63,889 nucleotides of DNA from Paraspadella gotoi (lineage: Eukaryota; Animalia; Chaetognatha): contig CM119263.1 in assembly GCA_051294375.1 (NCBI GenBank), forward strand, positions 27,378,375-27,442,263. Direction: 5' to 3'. The position numbers and the translations under genes were made by a program. This document shows positions 1 through 13,224 of this stretch, one piece after another. The notes under the pieces are model-generated. The model ran no database searches, was not told where the DNA came from, and worked only from the letters and a program-made list of their open reading frames with translations. Numbering within the stretch: position 1 is the first letter of the stretch; each line of letters starts with the position of its first letter.

Positions 1-715
1 TTTTTGGAGATAAATCTGTTTCCAACTTTCTTTCTTTAACACTTTCTATCCTTCTCTCTCTTTTTCTTTTTATTTATTTCTCTCTCTTTTTCTATATTTT
101 TTTATATTTTTCTTTCCTTTTCGTATATTTTTAATCCTTGTTGGGTACAAATCGGTTTAAGAGTTGGCCTCAATATTTCTGTATTTGCTTATTATAGGAA
201 AAGTTTTGCGTCTTTGTTTGTCAACTTTTTGTCGATCCATGATCCCGGATTACCACTTCCCGGCTCCGGATCCTCGCTTCCGGTTCCCAGTTCTCGATTC
301 CCGATCCCGGCTTCCTCGCTTCCAGAATCCCGGGCTTTCGCGCGCCGGAAAAAGGACAGTAAAAAACAAAATGAAGGAAATAAATCAGTGACGGTGGCTC
401 CGCCGGTCTCGACAATGGGAAAGAGCGGTTCGCGCTGACACAGGCGGGCGCCAGGGTTATTTTTTATTAGCGAAATTAATGGCGAGAATAACAATACAGA
501 AAAGCCATTAATACAAATGATTATATTGTTGTTTTCGCCTTTGCGAGGAGAAAGGTTGGCGCCAAGGTGGAGGGGCGTCATTGAACCATTCCGCCAATCG
601 GGTCAAAGGTCGCGGCCCTTAAGGGAAGAGACCGCCCCGCCGGTCTCATGGGCCAAAAATGACCCCGGGCGGCGCACGGAATGCGCCGTCGTCGGCGGGT
701 GCCGCACCGAGGTAC

Positions 716-1079
716 ACTGACTTAGGGAAAATCGAATTGGTTATTGTCGTTATTACTTGAATTTTTATCCCGGGAAATCGAAATTGTCTGGCGCGTCTGT
801 CAGGTTCATTACAAGCCTGTCAAGGGAATCCCTAGATTATATCACTAACCTATGATTTTACCATAAATGTGGCGAAATCTTCACCATCAGCCGAACGATC
901 TGCCTCATGATTATTAGTTGACCCGTATCTTGGGCCCCGTGCCCTGTAGATAAAGGCATTCGAAATCATCCTGCCGTATGGGAAAATCTGGACTTGCAAT
1001 CTCCTGGCGTGCATTTATGATCTGCGCATGCGCGTGTGGACTTCGCCCAGCGGAACACTAATTCTATCCTCTCTCTCTC

Positions 1080-1114
<35 letters not shown>

Positions 1115-1371
1115 CTCCCTCTCTTCTTCTCTCTCTCTCTTCTAAGATTGATTCTAATTTCCCTTTCTTCCTAAATCCCTTAACTCATCACCAAAATCTT
1201 CCTCTGCTTTTCAAATCTTTCTCCCACAATTTTATAAACGTCTTCCCCTTTCCAAACCGCCTCCTCTCTCTCTCGTTCGCTTTTCAAACTTCTCCTTGTT
1301 TTGCCTCCCGAGTCGCAGAAAGGCATTTCCTCGGGTTTTATCGCGTAAGCAGCAATCGGTCTCCGTAAGAT

Positions 1372-1408
<37 letters not shown>

Positions 1409-1779
1409 AGTGAAGAGAGAGTTAGGGAGAGAGACGAAGAGAGAGAGAGAGAGATTTTTCATATTTTCGTTTCCGCTGTTGAAAAAATGCTTCGTTTACC
1501 TTTGTCGGCAGTAAGGAATTTTGATAGCCCTCAAACTGACTGAGTTATACTTAAAGTAAGAAGTAGTAAAATCAATTCTCTTGAAGGTCTTTATTGGATC
1601 TGAATATTTTATAATGCCTTCAAATGCCTCTATCGGTATTGGCTCACTCTATAATTTAATGTCGGTTAAATGTCCGTAAAGAAGCTCAAATTAAAATGTT
1701 ATACAGTAATATTTTAGTGAAAACTTTTAAATAGTGTGTAAAATGTAAAATGTTATATAAAACATAATACCTTCTTAAA
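716..1779 (+). repeat. Partial noisy copy of the 3' ~1.1 kb of the 4.4-kb unit (matches ~25885-26955)
   Basis: ACTGACTTAGG...AATCGAATTGG through ...AAAACATAAT..CTTAAA is colinear with 25885-26955, with many 1-bp indels. Ends at the 25-N gap 1780-1804. Confidence 0.85.
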
Positions 1780-2158
1780 NNNNNNNNNNNNNNNNNNNNN
1801 NNNNCGAGATCGCAGATTTTAGCAACATATCAGAGAGCATCCTTGAAACAAAAATTAGTTTATTCATATACTAGTATAATTGGGTATAAAAAATGCAGTA
1901 TTCAACATCTCATATCTAACAATTATGTCAAACATCCGCTAGCCAAAATCCGGTATCCAACGTCAGGGATCCAACATTCGGAATCCAACATCCAGGCTCC
2001 CTTGTTTACCTCGGATAAACATCTTCGACCGGTTACAATAAACGTTAAAAGGAAAGAAGATAAAATGCTACCGGGAAAGTAACATACGTAGTTGCAGTAA
2101 TGGTTGGAAACAGAGAGATAGACAAAAGGCCCGTGGTCGATGGCCGGTCCTTAATCTT

Positions 2159-2202
<44 letters not shown>

Positions 2203-2204
2203 CT

Positions 2205-2240
<36 letters not shown>

Positions 2241-5029
2241 CTCATACGACACAGCTGTCTCCTCCACTCATCAGATTAATCCAGAGCTTTATTGTTCTTC
2301 CTCTTTTTCCCTTGCTCTCTCCAACTATTGTCCCTGTACTCATACAATTTTTTTCCCCGGTTGCCCTTTTCGGAAAAAAAAAGAACTTTTTTCCATCCGT
2401 TTACATTTAACCTTCTGACCCCATTTCCTCCGCGCGGGGGCCACGCCCACAAAAGCCCTCGTCTGGCACGGCGCCCTACAGTATCTGTCCCGACCCCCTG
2501 CGGCGATTAATCCCGAAAGGCAATCCCGAAGGATGTTTCCTTGTTGTTGTTATCATCTGACGTTTCTTGTTCTGGCGCAATATCTGCCGCGAGGCGCGAA
2601 TCTCTGGTGGCGCTAAGCCACGCCCCCTTCCCTTTCCCTCTCTCCCCCCTCTATCGAGCCCGCCTTCTCCTCTTCCCCTAGACGCCCGCTCTTGTCGAAA
2701 CCGGGCGGCAGCGGAAGCGGCGATTGCGGCGACTGCGGCGGCGGGGCGTACTTTATTTTTTACATCTCCGTTTCCTACGTTTCCTCCTTTTCCTCCTTCC
2801 ATCCGATGTATTTATTACCAAAAATAAATTAATAAACCAATAAAACAAACAAAATATCTTAACCTTAACCCACCATTGCCTGTCCAATATCATTAGGCAA
2901 TAATATAGCATGTTTATCGAATGAATGTTAAATTTTTATATTGATTGTACAATTTCATACAATAAAATGTCCAATTTCCCAATAAACTATTACATCCGGG
3001 TGGCGGGTGGGTTGATCGAGTATCGCACCTGCCACGGCCCGACTTTGTTCCCTGAGGCCGAACGCGAGGCTCCTCACCCGTTTTTCATTCGAGACAAAAA
3101 AGTAAGTTCGTCTTGGGAGCATTTCTCTCTTTTTTTCTTCTTTTTTCCTTTTCCCCCTTTTTCCCCCTTTTTTTCCCCCTTTTTTTCTTTTTCCGACCTG
3201 AGACGGTCTCTTTCTTGACATATGCTTTACCTTTGTCGCACGGCCGCCAAGCTCATAAGTTAAATCTTCGTACCCTTTGTCTAAAAAGTCTCATACTTTT
3301 CTAAACAGGCCACTTGTTACTTTCATTTGTGAATGTACCCACATTGTGGGTCCCACAACTGCCACAACTCTCCACTCTCCACCACAATTCCTTACCCACA
3401 ATCCTCCACCTAACTCGACTCGATCCGCGCGAGATTGGCGGGAAATATTTCTCAGCCTCTGACCCGTGAGATTTCCGAGACGGTTGGACCGGAGATTCTT
3501 GAGTTACATTCGCGTCGCGGTAGAGAGAGGTAAATATAGATAGGTTGAGGGAGAGAGGTAAAGTAAGTTAGGAAGGTAAACAGAGAAGTACAAAATGGCA
3601 GTGTACGGAAATGCAATGAGTAATGTAGTAGGATATAAAGAGAGAGATAGTAAACAATTGAAAATACACAAATAAAGCCCGAAAGTGACATTAAATTATG
3701 CAAATTATACAAGAATTAAAATCTAAAAGCCAAAATTAAAGAAGCAGAAGTAAAAATTTCGGATTTCGATTTGGGCGCTCGGGGGGGCAAGTCGCCCCCC
3801 AGCCGCGCAGATTTTGGGGGTTTAACGCCGACAACCCCCCTACCACTCTCTGGGGTGTTACGGCCCCTGGGGAAAGAGGGGGCAGCCGAGGTTTCTCTAC
3901 GGGCTGTTTTGGCTGCCTTCTAATTCAAACACGGAATTCAATAGAAAAAACATTCAAAATCAGTCGGGGACAAATTCCCCTTCCCTTCGCTCAACCATAT
4001 TCCTTTTTTTTATTTTAGCTCCACTCCTCTTGCTCCTTTACTTCACTCCATTAGCCCTTTAATGCTTTTTTTAAACTTTTTAACATTTTACTCTTTTTCC
4101 TACCTTCAGCATTGCTCCTTCTTCCCCCCTCAACAGATTCCCACTTTGCTTTGCGAGTGAAAATACTCGATTAGCCGGTAGAAAATTCTAGATGCTTAAA
4201 TTACATGTATTGTATTACATCGAATATATTTCCAGTGTTGATGTGAAAATGTTACTTTAAAGCTAAAGAACTGATAAATAACGACGTAGATTATCACAAA
4301 TTTTGGGGGGATTTTTCTTGGCTTTTATTTCCTGGCGTGATATAAAGTTTTTTTGGCTTCGACTTGTGAAATTTTTATCGGACTGATGCAGTGTAAATAA
4401 AATGTCGCGACTTTTTCGATACAATCGATAAAAGAAACGAATAAATAATTAGAATATGCTCTCATTTGATAGGTTTATATAGTATTAGCAAACATTCCTT
4501 TTAGTCAACTCTACCATGAATATAATGCAACGACGCAATTGACAACTGCGTCACAATGTACGTCAAGTTTGATAAAAACAAAAGACACACGAGTTTTTTT
4601 AAAGGTCAAAAAAATGTGAATCGACGAAAGTGGGGGATAGATGGGAAAGTGGAGTTAGTAGAAGAGGACAGGCGGAAAGGGGGAAGATAGAAGATGGAAA
4701 TTAGTGCCAAATAAAAGAGCGAGAAAAAAAATAGGGAGATAGGAAGAAAAAAAACGAGACGTGGGGAATCAAGAAAGGGAAATAAACCTCTGGCATCGAA
4801 AGATGAGAGAAAAGGGAAATTAAATTGAAGCGAGTGAGGGGAGGATTAAAAGTGGGGAAGGTATGAAGAATGCGGATGCGGGATGGTATTATATGGATTA
4901 TACAGAGAGGTTTTTTTTGGGGGGGAAGGAAGGATCATTTTGGAGATGGATACTACAAAAACGTAGAACATCATAATTTTTTTTTCTTCTGAAATTCCGA
5001 CCGTGGCTTAAAGATTTTTCATTGAGAGA

Positions 5030-5060
<31 letters not shown>

Positions 5061-5761
5061 CGCTAAAGTTTCAAGTATACAGAAGAATTCTATCGTTTCC
5101 TGTTTCAACCAAAAACTCGCTTAGCCTCGCGCTAAAGAGAGTTGAAGAGGAATCAGAGAAAAAGAGAAGAGATGAGAGAGAATAAAAGATTAAAAGAAGA
5201 TCAGATATGAAGCAGAATAAAAATAAGAGGATGAATGAGAGAAAAAAAGAGATGGGGAAAATGCGATGGAGAGGAAAAGGTCAAGTTTCTTGAAAAGAAA
5301 ATGCCCCCGTATCCCTAGCTTAATTGGATGTGGATGAAGATGATGATAGTGATAATGATGATGATGATGACGATGATCAGCATCGTGATGATAAAGCGAC
5401 GTCTGCCAACATTACCAAAAAAAAAAAAAAAAATTTCGCAATCAAAATCCAAAGTTACACGTAAAAATCCCATTAAAAAAAACAGGGAACGTATTATTTT
5501 CTGAACGACAACGATCGTTCTTTTTAAACGACAACAACGACGACGACAATAATGATGACGATAATGACGACTTTGGAGGACGACGACGACGACGACGACG
5601 ACGATGATGCCCTTTTTACGTGTACCGAATCTCTCGTCCCCAGATTCTTCGGAAAGATTCGCGGATCCAACGTAAATCTTCTCGTCGAATGACGAATTTG
5701 ACGAAACCCAAGATTCAACTTTTATCTTTTCTCTGAATCCCATAAACCTTCCTCCTCTCTC

Positions 5762-5838
<77 letters not shown>

Positions 5839-6972
5839 CTCCATTTACTACATGCCCCCCTTCCGGAGCGATCCTTGTATTATCTTCTGTTATTCTTTTC
5901 GCAACAAAAAAAAAACTTAAATTCTCAATTGAGAGAAGAAAGAAAGAAAAATTTTCAAAAATTTTCTCTATTATGTAAATCGAGGAAAATCTCGGATTTC
6001 ATCGCTTTTAGTAGAAAAATAAAATTAAAAAAACCCTTTTTTTTAAAAAAAAAAGAAAAAAAGAAAAAAGTTTCTCCGCATCATAATTTAGAATTAGATT
6101 TGAAATAATGTTTCCTGAAATTCGACCTCGCCTAATAATCCCCCAATTTTTGAAGGCCGTAACTCAAAATAAACTGAGAAGGGAAAAAAATTCGAATTTT
6201 GTTTTTAATACTATTTTTTTTAAAGATTCTTTTTTTTTCTCCGGATTGATAGATCCCGGGTTTTAAAAAAATTTGGTAAACGAAAATTTGTTTTGTAGAA
6301 TTCGAATCTGAGTCGAGGGCAAATTGTTTTCGATTTTCATTCGCTACTAATTTTTGTTCTTACCGAAATGAGGAAATAATAACGCTATTTGCGTAACTAC
6401 TTTTCCAACGTGTAAATTATTGACGTCTTCAACGTGCGAACCGGGGTCTCGCGCCCTCGAGCGTGCGAACAGGGCAATATTCCGTTTTATCCGCTTTCCT
6501 TTTAAAAAAAAAGCCTTTTCATAAAATTAATTTGGCATCTTCGTCGTCGTCGTTGTCGTCGTCGTCGTCGTCTCGGTCGTTGAACGAGGTTAAAAAAACA
6601 AAAAGGAGCGAGATAAAAGTTAACGATATCGTTAATGAGACAAATTTCCGTCCAACCAGATTTAAGGTTTACAACTTTTTTTTAAAAAACAAAAGATTCT
6701 TTGTTTTTTTTTTAATCTTTTTTTTTTTCAATCTCGATGGAGTTGGTGGAGTAAGAACCCTTAAAAAACAACAACAACATCGTAATACAACAACGACACA
6801 AGACAACAACAATGTCAGTGCTGAAGACGGGAAAAAAAAGCGACAAAGCATTTTCAAAAACAATAGAAACAAAAGGGACTTTGTGATTCGCGGTTGCAGA
6901 AAGGAAAAGCGGGAATGAAAACAACAACAATAACAACAACAACGACTACCGCGCGAGGAAAGGAAGGAGAAA

Positions 6973-7003
<31 letters not shown>

Positions 7004-7849
7004 CGATAACGACGACGACGAAGGTTGCTTTGATTTCGTTCGCGATTTTATGATCGCCATCACAAACGTCGCTTCCCTTTTGTCCGGACGCCACTTTTAC
7101 GATACTCGGCGCTTTTCATTCCCAATCCGACGCCTTCCCCCTCTCTCGGCGGTTTCCGGCAACGCCCTCTCTCGGCGTTTCGGTTCGCCAACCCGGCGAC
7201 GCGAGACGCGCCGATCCGAAGCGGCGTTGGCGGCGCTCCTTCATTCAACTGAAAAATAAAAAAAAATTTCCCTTTCATTCCATTTCGGTTCCTTAATAAA
7301 TAAACCTTTTATATTATTTTCCTTTTTTTTATGTTGGTAATTTCTGATTTTTTTTTAAAATAAAATAATGATGGTTTATTCGGCGCCAGCTTCGTCATCT
7401 CTGTCACCGTATCTGTCACCATCTCTGCCACGATTTCCCGTCACGGTGTCACGACCCAAATTCCTTCATGCTTGTTAATGCTCGTTCGTTTTTTTCTTTT
7501 GACGATATATTTTTGGAGCGAAACAAGTTTCTTTTTGTCCTTTTTTTATTCTTTCCTTTTCTTATTCTTTTCTTTTTTCTTTCTTTATATTTTTCTTTCT
7601 CGATCTTAAGGTAAACTTTCCAGTATTGATCTTTTCCCCTTTTGTTGAAAGGGAAAAAAGAAAAGAAAGAAAGAATAAAAAAGAAAAAGAAAAAATAAAC
7701 GCGGGAAAACAAGAAGAAAAAAGTTTTGCGTGAAAAAAAGTTTTGTTTTGTTTCCTTCTCAAGATTTTTATTAAGAGATAGAGAGAGATGAGTAGAGGAA
7801 GAGACAGGAGATAAGGAGTTGACGGATATAAGGATAGAGAGAGGAGAGA

Positions 7850-7852
7850 GAG

Positions 7853-7898
<46 letters not shown>

Positions 7899-8697
7899 CG
7901 ATCTCCAGCTGCGTGAATAGTCTTGAAGGCAGAAGAACTTTTCTCTCGCTTGGTTTTTTCAAACGCTGAGATATCCGTTGTGCTCGGACGAGAGCTAGAA
8001 TTCATCGCCCTCTGGGAGTCTCCTCTCTCTCTCTCTCTCTCTCTCATCTCCTCTTCCTCCTTATCTCTCTCTCTCTCCCTCTCTCTCGCCCAAGGGAATA
8101 GGGAGAATCGGTCAGGGTGTGCAAAGCGGGTGGGACACAACGGAAAAAGGAAGAGAAATTATAACATGTAGAGGAACGAACGAGGAAAAGCGGACCGAAG
8201 AAGAAGAGCCGCATCGGAAGAAGGCCAGAAGAAAGGACGGAATGCAAAAGAGAGTCAAAGATTTACATCGTCAATAGATGCAATCTCTGCTGCAGAATAG
8301 CATCAAGAAAGCTCCTCATAGGAAATGCACAGGACTCGACACAAGGATAGCATTGTAGAAAAGAAAAAAAACGAAAGTACAATTAAATAAAAGTAACACC
8401 ATCTAGAATTAAAAAGAAGCAACACGATAATTATCTGCGATTATCCTGAAGAATGTTCGCTAAAGACCCATTTTAACCCTGGGATTAAAAAGCCTGGACT
8501 GTCCTCCCATCTCTGCATCTCATCCTCACGTAACCTATCTCTCGTCCGGAGTCTATCTCCTCACTACTCCCACTTCCATGATTTCACCTCGTCAATGCCA
8601 GCCTTTTGTTTTTTTCGCTGTTTCGATCTAATTTCAAGAATGCTCTCTCTCTTCGTAGTACGAATTTATCTCTCTTCCTCTCTTCTGTTTTTTTTTT
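7850..8697 (+). repeat. Partial copy of the 5' end of the 4.4-kb unit, with a ~470-bp unrelated insert
   Basis: GCGTGAATAGTCTTGAAGGCAGAAG...GAATTCATCGCCCTCTGGGAGTCTCC matches ~22700-22820. The match resumes at ~8560 (TCACTACTCCCAC) and ends at the 25-N gap 8698-8722. Confidence 0.8.
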
Positions 8698-8722
8698 NNN
8701 NNNNNNNNNNNNNNNNNNNNNN

Positions 8723-8736
8723 AAAAACCGAGAGAA

Positions 8737-8793
<57 letters not shown>

Positions 8794-8795
8794 AG

Positions 8796-8830
<35 letters not shown>

Positions 8831-10315
8831 AGACAGAAAAGAGAGAGATCTCCCACGTGCGGTGAATAGTCTTGAGGCCAGAAGGAACTTTCTCTTCTTG
8901 GTTTTTATCGAACGCTGAAGATCCGTTGTGCTCAGGACGAGAGCTAGAATTCCATCGCCCTCTGGGGTCTCTCTCTCTCTCTCTCTCTCTCTTTACTCCT
9001 CCTACTCCCACTCCATGATTTTACCTCAATCAGCTTTTGTTTTTTTCTGTTCTCTTTAATTTCCAAGAATCTCTCTCTCTCTTACCAATTTATCTCTCTC
9101 TTCTCTGTTTTCTTTTTCTTTTTTTCTTTCCTATCTCTTTTTTTCTTTTCTATTTCATTTACTTCCCTCTATTTGCTCGGACTCGATTCTTCTCGTAAAT
9201 CGGACTCTGATTTTCTGGGCCGCAGGATTGATTCGCATTCTTCTCTCTCGATTCCCACAAATTCTTTCCCTTCACATTTTTTCTCCCACTTCCCGTTCCC
9301 TGTCCCCTATTTCATTTTTCCACTTATCCCACCTTTACCACTTCACCCCCTTCCCTCCTCATTCTTTTCCCACTTCCCCTTTCACCTCCCCGCTCCCATC
9401 CCTCCTCCCTTTTTTCCTCTCTCTCTCTCCACGACTCAACTTTCGCACGAGATGAAATCCTTTCCCGGTGACCGATATGAAAAGATGGGGTGAGGGAGAT
9501 ATGTGATTGAGATGATGGAGACAGTCAGATTTGCAGATGGTCAACGCAACCGGAGATCCATTGACCAAGCCCTTGTTTGGTAGGGAGAGTTGTACAATGC
9601 TTTCTCCTTAAAAAAAAGAGGGGGGTGAGAAGTGCCCGGTCTGCTCAGGGTTCTACGAGCAAGCGGGGACCGCGCACGCTGTTCGAGATGCCGGCTAAAC
9701 GGGAAGGGAGACCGCGCATGCCCCCTGCCTGGATGCCCCGGCCGCTAATCGGGCGCGCGCGTCGGGCGCCGGGGAATCGAAGCCACGCGCGGCCGATTAA
9801 TCAGAGGATTGTCACGGTGATCGAAGCCCAGCCGAACCAGGCCGGTCTTCACTTCTGTCGCTAGATTAGGTCCACCCACGCCCACCAGTCCACCTTCGAG
9901 GTCTTCCCTCTTTCGTTCTCATTACTTGCGGGTCCGCTTCTCCACCGCTTCCTCTTCCCCTTCCTTCCTCCCCTTTCCCACCCCTCCTTTCCTACCCCTT
10001 TCCTCCTCACCCTTTCCTTCCTCCCCACTTCTCTCGCCCACAACTGGGCATTAAATCACCGACTTTTGATGAGGAATTGAAACCTGTCGATTAAACCGAC
10101 GAGGGGACCCCGACAAAATTGACCGGAGACCGACCGACCGAAAAGGGACAGACCGACCAGACCGGGGAAGGGCCCTTTCGCCGTGTCGACGACCGGGAAA
10201 CGATGGACGAATTGACCTCGAAAACCGAACGCGATTCTTTTGATTGATTTCGATTCGCAAATGATCGATGGGAAAAAGTTGACTTTTTTTCTTGGGAGGT
10301 TGGAGAGGTCAGAGA

Positions 10316-10357
<42 letters not shown>

Positions 10358-10768
10358 ATGGGGGGCGAATAACGGAAACGGTGATGGAGTAAGATCAATT
10401 GGAAATATATTAGTATGCGCGATTTGCAGTTAGAAGCGGATAAGTTTGTGGAGTATAAAAAAACCGCATATTAGTGCACCGATGTGCAGTATCTTATGCA
10501 GTAGTCGTGATCGTGATCGCATTGTTGCGAAAAATATCATGTTGTAAGTCTTAAAACTTACATGAACGATTCGGCTTAAAAAAACCGGTGATAGAATCTA
10601 GTAAATTTACTCCCGTACTGTGTACGATTCATGAGCTACTATGATTACGAAGGAAGAATAATAGACGAACTCGTATTTTGCAGAAAGAATTTTAACAAAA
10701 CGAATAAAAAAGAGAAAACTGGTCTCGATTTGACGCTGAAAGGCTCTCTCTCTCTCTCTCACTCTCTC

Positions 10769-10829
<61 letters not shown>

Positions 10830-11564
10830 CAGAGAACAAGAAAATAAAGTTATTGATTCGCGATAGAGAATATTGTATTCGTTGGCGAGACTTTGGATCT
10901 CAGTGGGGGGCCCGGGGGAGTGCGTGGCCAGTGGGGGTAGGCGGTCGAGAGATCGAAAAACAAAACCCGACCCCTTTCAAACCCGACCGACCTTCCCTTT
11001 CCCCCCCCCCCTCGGGCGCAGAACAAAATGTATTCGAATATATCGCTTTACTATTCTCGGACTGTCGCCTCTTGTGTCTGCTCTCGTCGGCTTTTAGTCT
11101 TTTTTATTAATTTATCTTTAAATCGGTTTTTTTTATTTGTTTAGAGTTGGTCTCTCTTGGTTTTTTTATTCGTTGTTTTGTCTCGTAAACTCGACCAACT
11201 TGACTCAAAAAATATTTTCGCCGATCTGATACGAAGGATTGGCCCGTATGTAAATTGTGATTGTGTTTGATTTTTTTTTTTTATGTAAAATCATTTTTTT
11301 GTTCTTGTCCATTTAATTTTCGAAATGAACTAAACCCTGCCTTTTCTCTCCCCCCCTGCTTTCCCAATTTGTTTTTCTTTTTTTTCCTTCACTCGCAATC
11401 GCTGGTTCATTCCTGCACTCTCAGTAGAGAAAATGTGTAATTGACGAGTGTTTCTTCCTATCTCCCTTTTGTCTTTCTCTCTTTCTATACACGTTGTTAT
11501 CTCTGTGTAACCTCTTTTGCGCCAAAAGTATTTCACCCGGTGAACTTGGTAGCTTAACCCTCTT

Positions 11565-11595
<31 letters not shown>

Positions 11596-12339
11596 TTTCT
11601 ACCGACTTTTCGCCCGCATGTTCCTAATGCGCTTTCTTCACTCGGTCATGTACAAGAGGCCTTTCCACGAAAGCCCCCCAATCTCGCTACAAGGTTTTCT
11701 CGCCCCCTAAAGCCCTGGGATATCCACGGCACTCGACGACCCACTTCAACCACCTCCCCCTTCTCCAAACGCCCCTTCCCTCTCTCCTCTGAGTTTAAAC
11801 CAAAGGCGAGATCAAATTAAAAAAAACCCTTGTTAAAATGGATGGGGGGGGGGGACGAATTAAAAGGCTAAAAAAAAAAGACGTTGGACTTCCCTGAACA
11901 AAGTGGTTAAGAAGTGAGATGCTCGCGGGCGGTTGTGTAGAAGACATTGTTCCCACTTAGAAAATTTCGGGGCTTAAATTCGCGAGGTTTTAACTGACTT
12001 TAGGAAAAATTCGAATTGTATTGTGTTATTTTTACTTGAATTTTTTATCTCGGGAAATCGAAATTGTTGGTGTTCAGGTTCCCAAGCTTTGTCAAAGAAT
12101 CCCTATGACTTATACACTTTACCTTATGACTTATACCTAAAGTTGGCGAAATCTTCACCAGGTCACCGAACGATTGCTCATGATTTACTTAGTTGAACCC
12201 GGGTATCTTTGGCCGACCATCATGTAAAGGGCATTTTGATCGTACATTCCACGACTGGGAAAATCTGAGTGCAATCTCTGGCCGTGATTCGTATGATCTG
12301 GGCACGCGGTGGAGACTTCGCCCAGCGAATCACTTTCAC

Positions 12340-12413
<74 letters not shown>

Positions 12414-13150
12414 CTTCTTAAGATTAGATTTATTTCCCCTTTCTTCTATCCTTTAACTTCATCACCAAACTTCCTCTGCTTTCAAACTCTCCCACATTTT
12501 ATTAAATCTTCCCTTTCCAAACCGCCTCCTCTCTTCTCTCGTTAGCTTTTTCAAAGCTTCCTTGTTTTGCCTCCCGAGTCGCAGAAAGGCATTTCTCGGG
12601 TTTTTATGTAGCGCAATCGTCTCGAGAGAGACGAGGGAGAGAAGAGACGAGAGATAGAGGACGAGAGAGAGAGAGGAGAGAGAGAGAGAGAGGATGAAGG
12701 AGAGGAGGAGAGAGATGAGAGAGAGAAAAAAAAAGCCAGAAAGAGAAAAAGAAAATATTTTCTTTTTCCACAAAAAAAAAACAAAAAAAAAAAAAAAAAC
12801 ACTATTCGTTTCCGCTGTTGAAAAAACATGCCTTCCCATCTTATACCTTTGACGAGCAAGATATAAATTTATGATTGAATTTTCTTTGATAGCGAAAAAA
12901 ACCTGAACTGAAAAGATATTATACTTAAGTAAGAAAGTAGCGAAGAATCCTTCCTTGAGCGTCTTAATACTTCGGATTGCAATATTAAATGCCTTCAAAT
13001 GCCTCTCATACGGTCATGAGCTCTTATCCTCTCTAACTCGTCAGGCATATTAAAAAGTCGTAACAAAAGCATCAAATTAAAAAAAAATGTTTAAAAATAA
13101 AACTCATTACGCTGAAACTTACTTAACATATGTAGTAAATGCTTCCAAAA
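8723..13150 (+). repeat. Forward copy of the 4.4-kb unit (left arm of the large fold-back)
   Basis: Colinear with 22609-26930. Sequence quality visibly decays toward 13150, with A-run inserts near 12730-12800. Confidence 0.9.
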
Positions 13151-13224
13151 ATCCCTCTCATTTTTCCTCCAAACACACTCCAACCACCCCGCTACTCGCC
13201 TTGTCCCTGCTTGCGAAGAGAACT
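13151..13224 (+). other. Probable degraded PacBio SMRTbell hairpin adapter at the fold-back centre (technical sequence)
   Basis: atccctctcatttttcctcc..ctcc..ccccg..ttgt..tg.ttg.gaagagaact can be threaded onto the SMRTbell adapter ATCTCTCTCTTTTCCTCCTCCTCCGTTGTTGTTGTTGAGAGAGAT almost entirely by insertions. It lies exactly where the unit switches to its reverse complement. Confidence 0.7.

Noticed and set aside
3098-3114. 17-mer AAAAGTAAGTTCGTCTT also present at ~29436
   Set aside because: The flanks are unrelated, and one such match is plausible by chance in 64 kb of biased sequence.
5315-7278. Poly-Asp/Ser/Val/Thr ORFs
   Set aside because: Products of GAC/GAT/CAA microsatellites that are common throughout the window. 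No splice or homology support.
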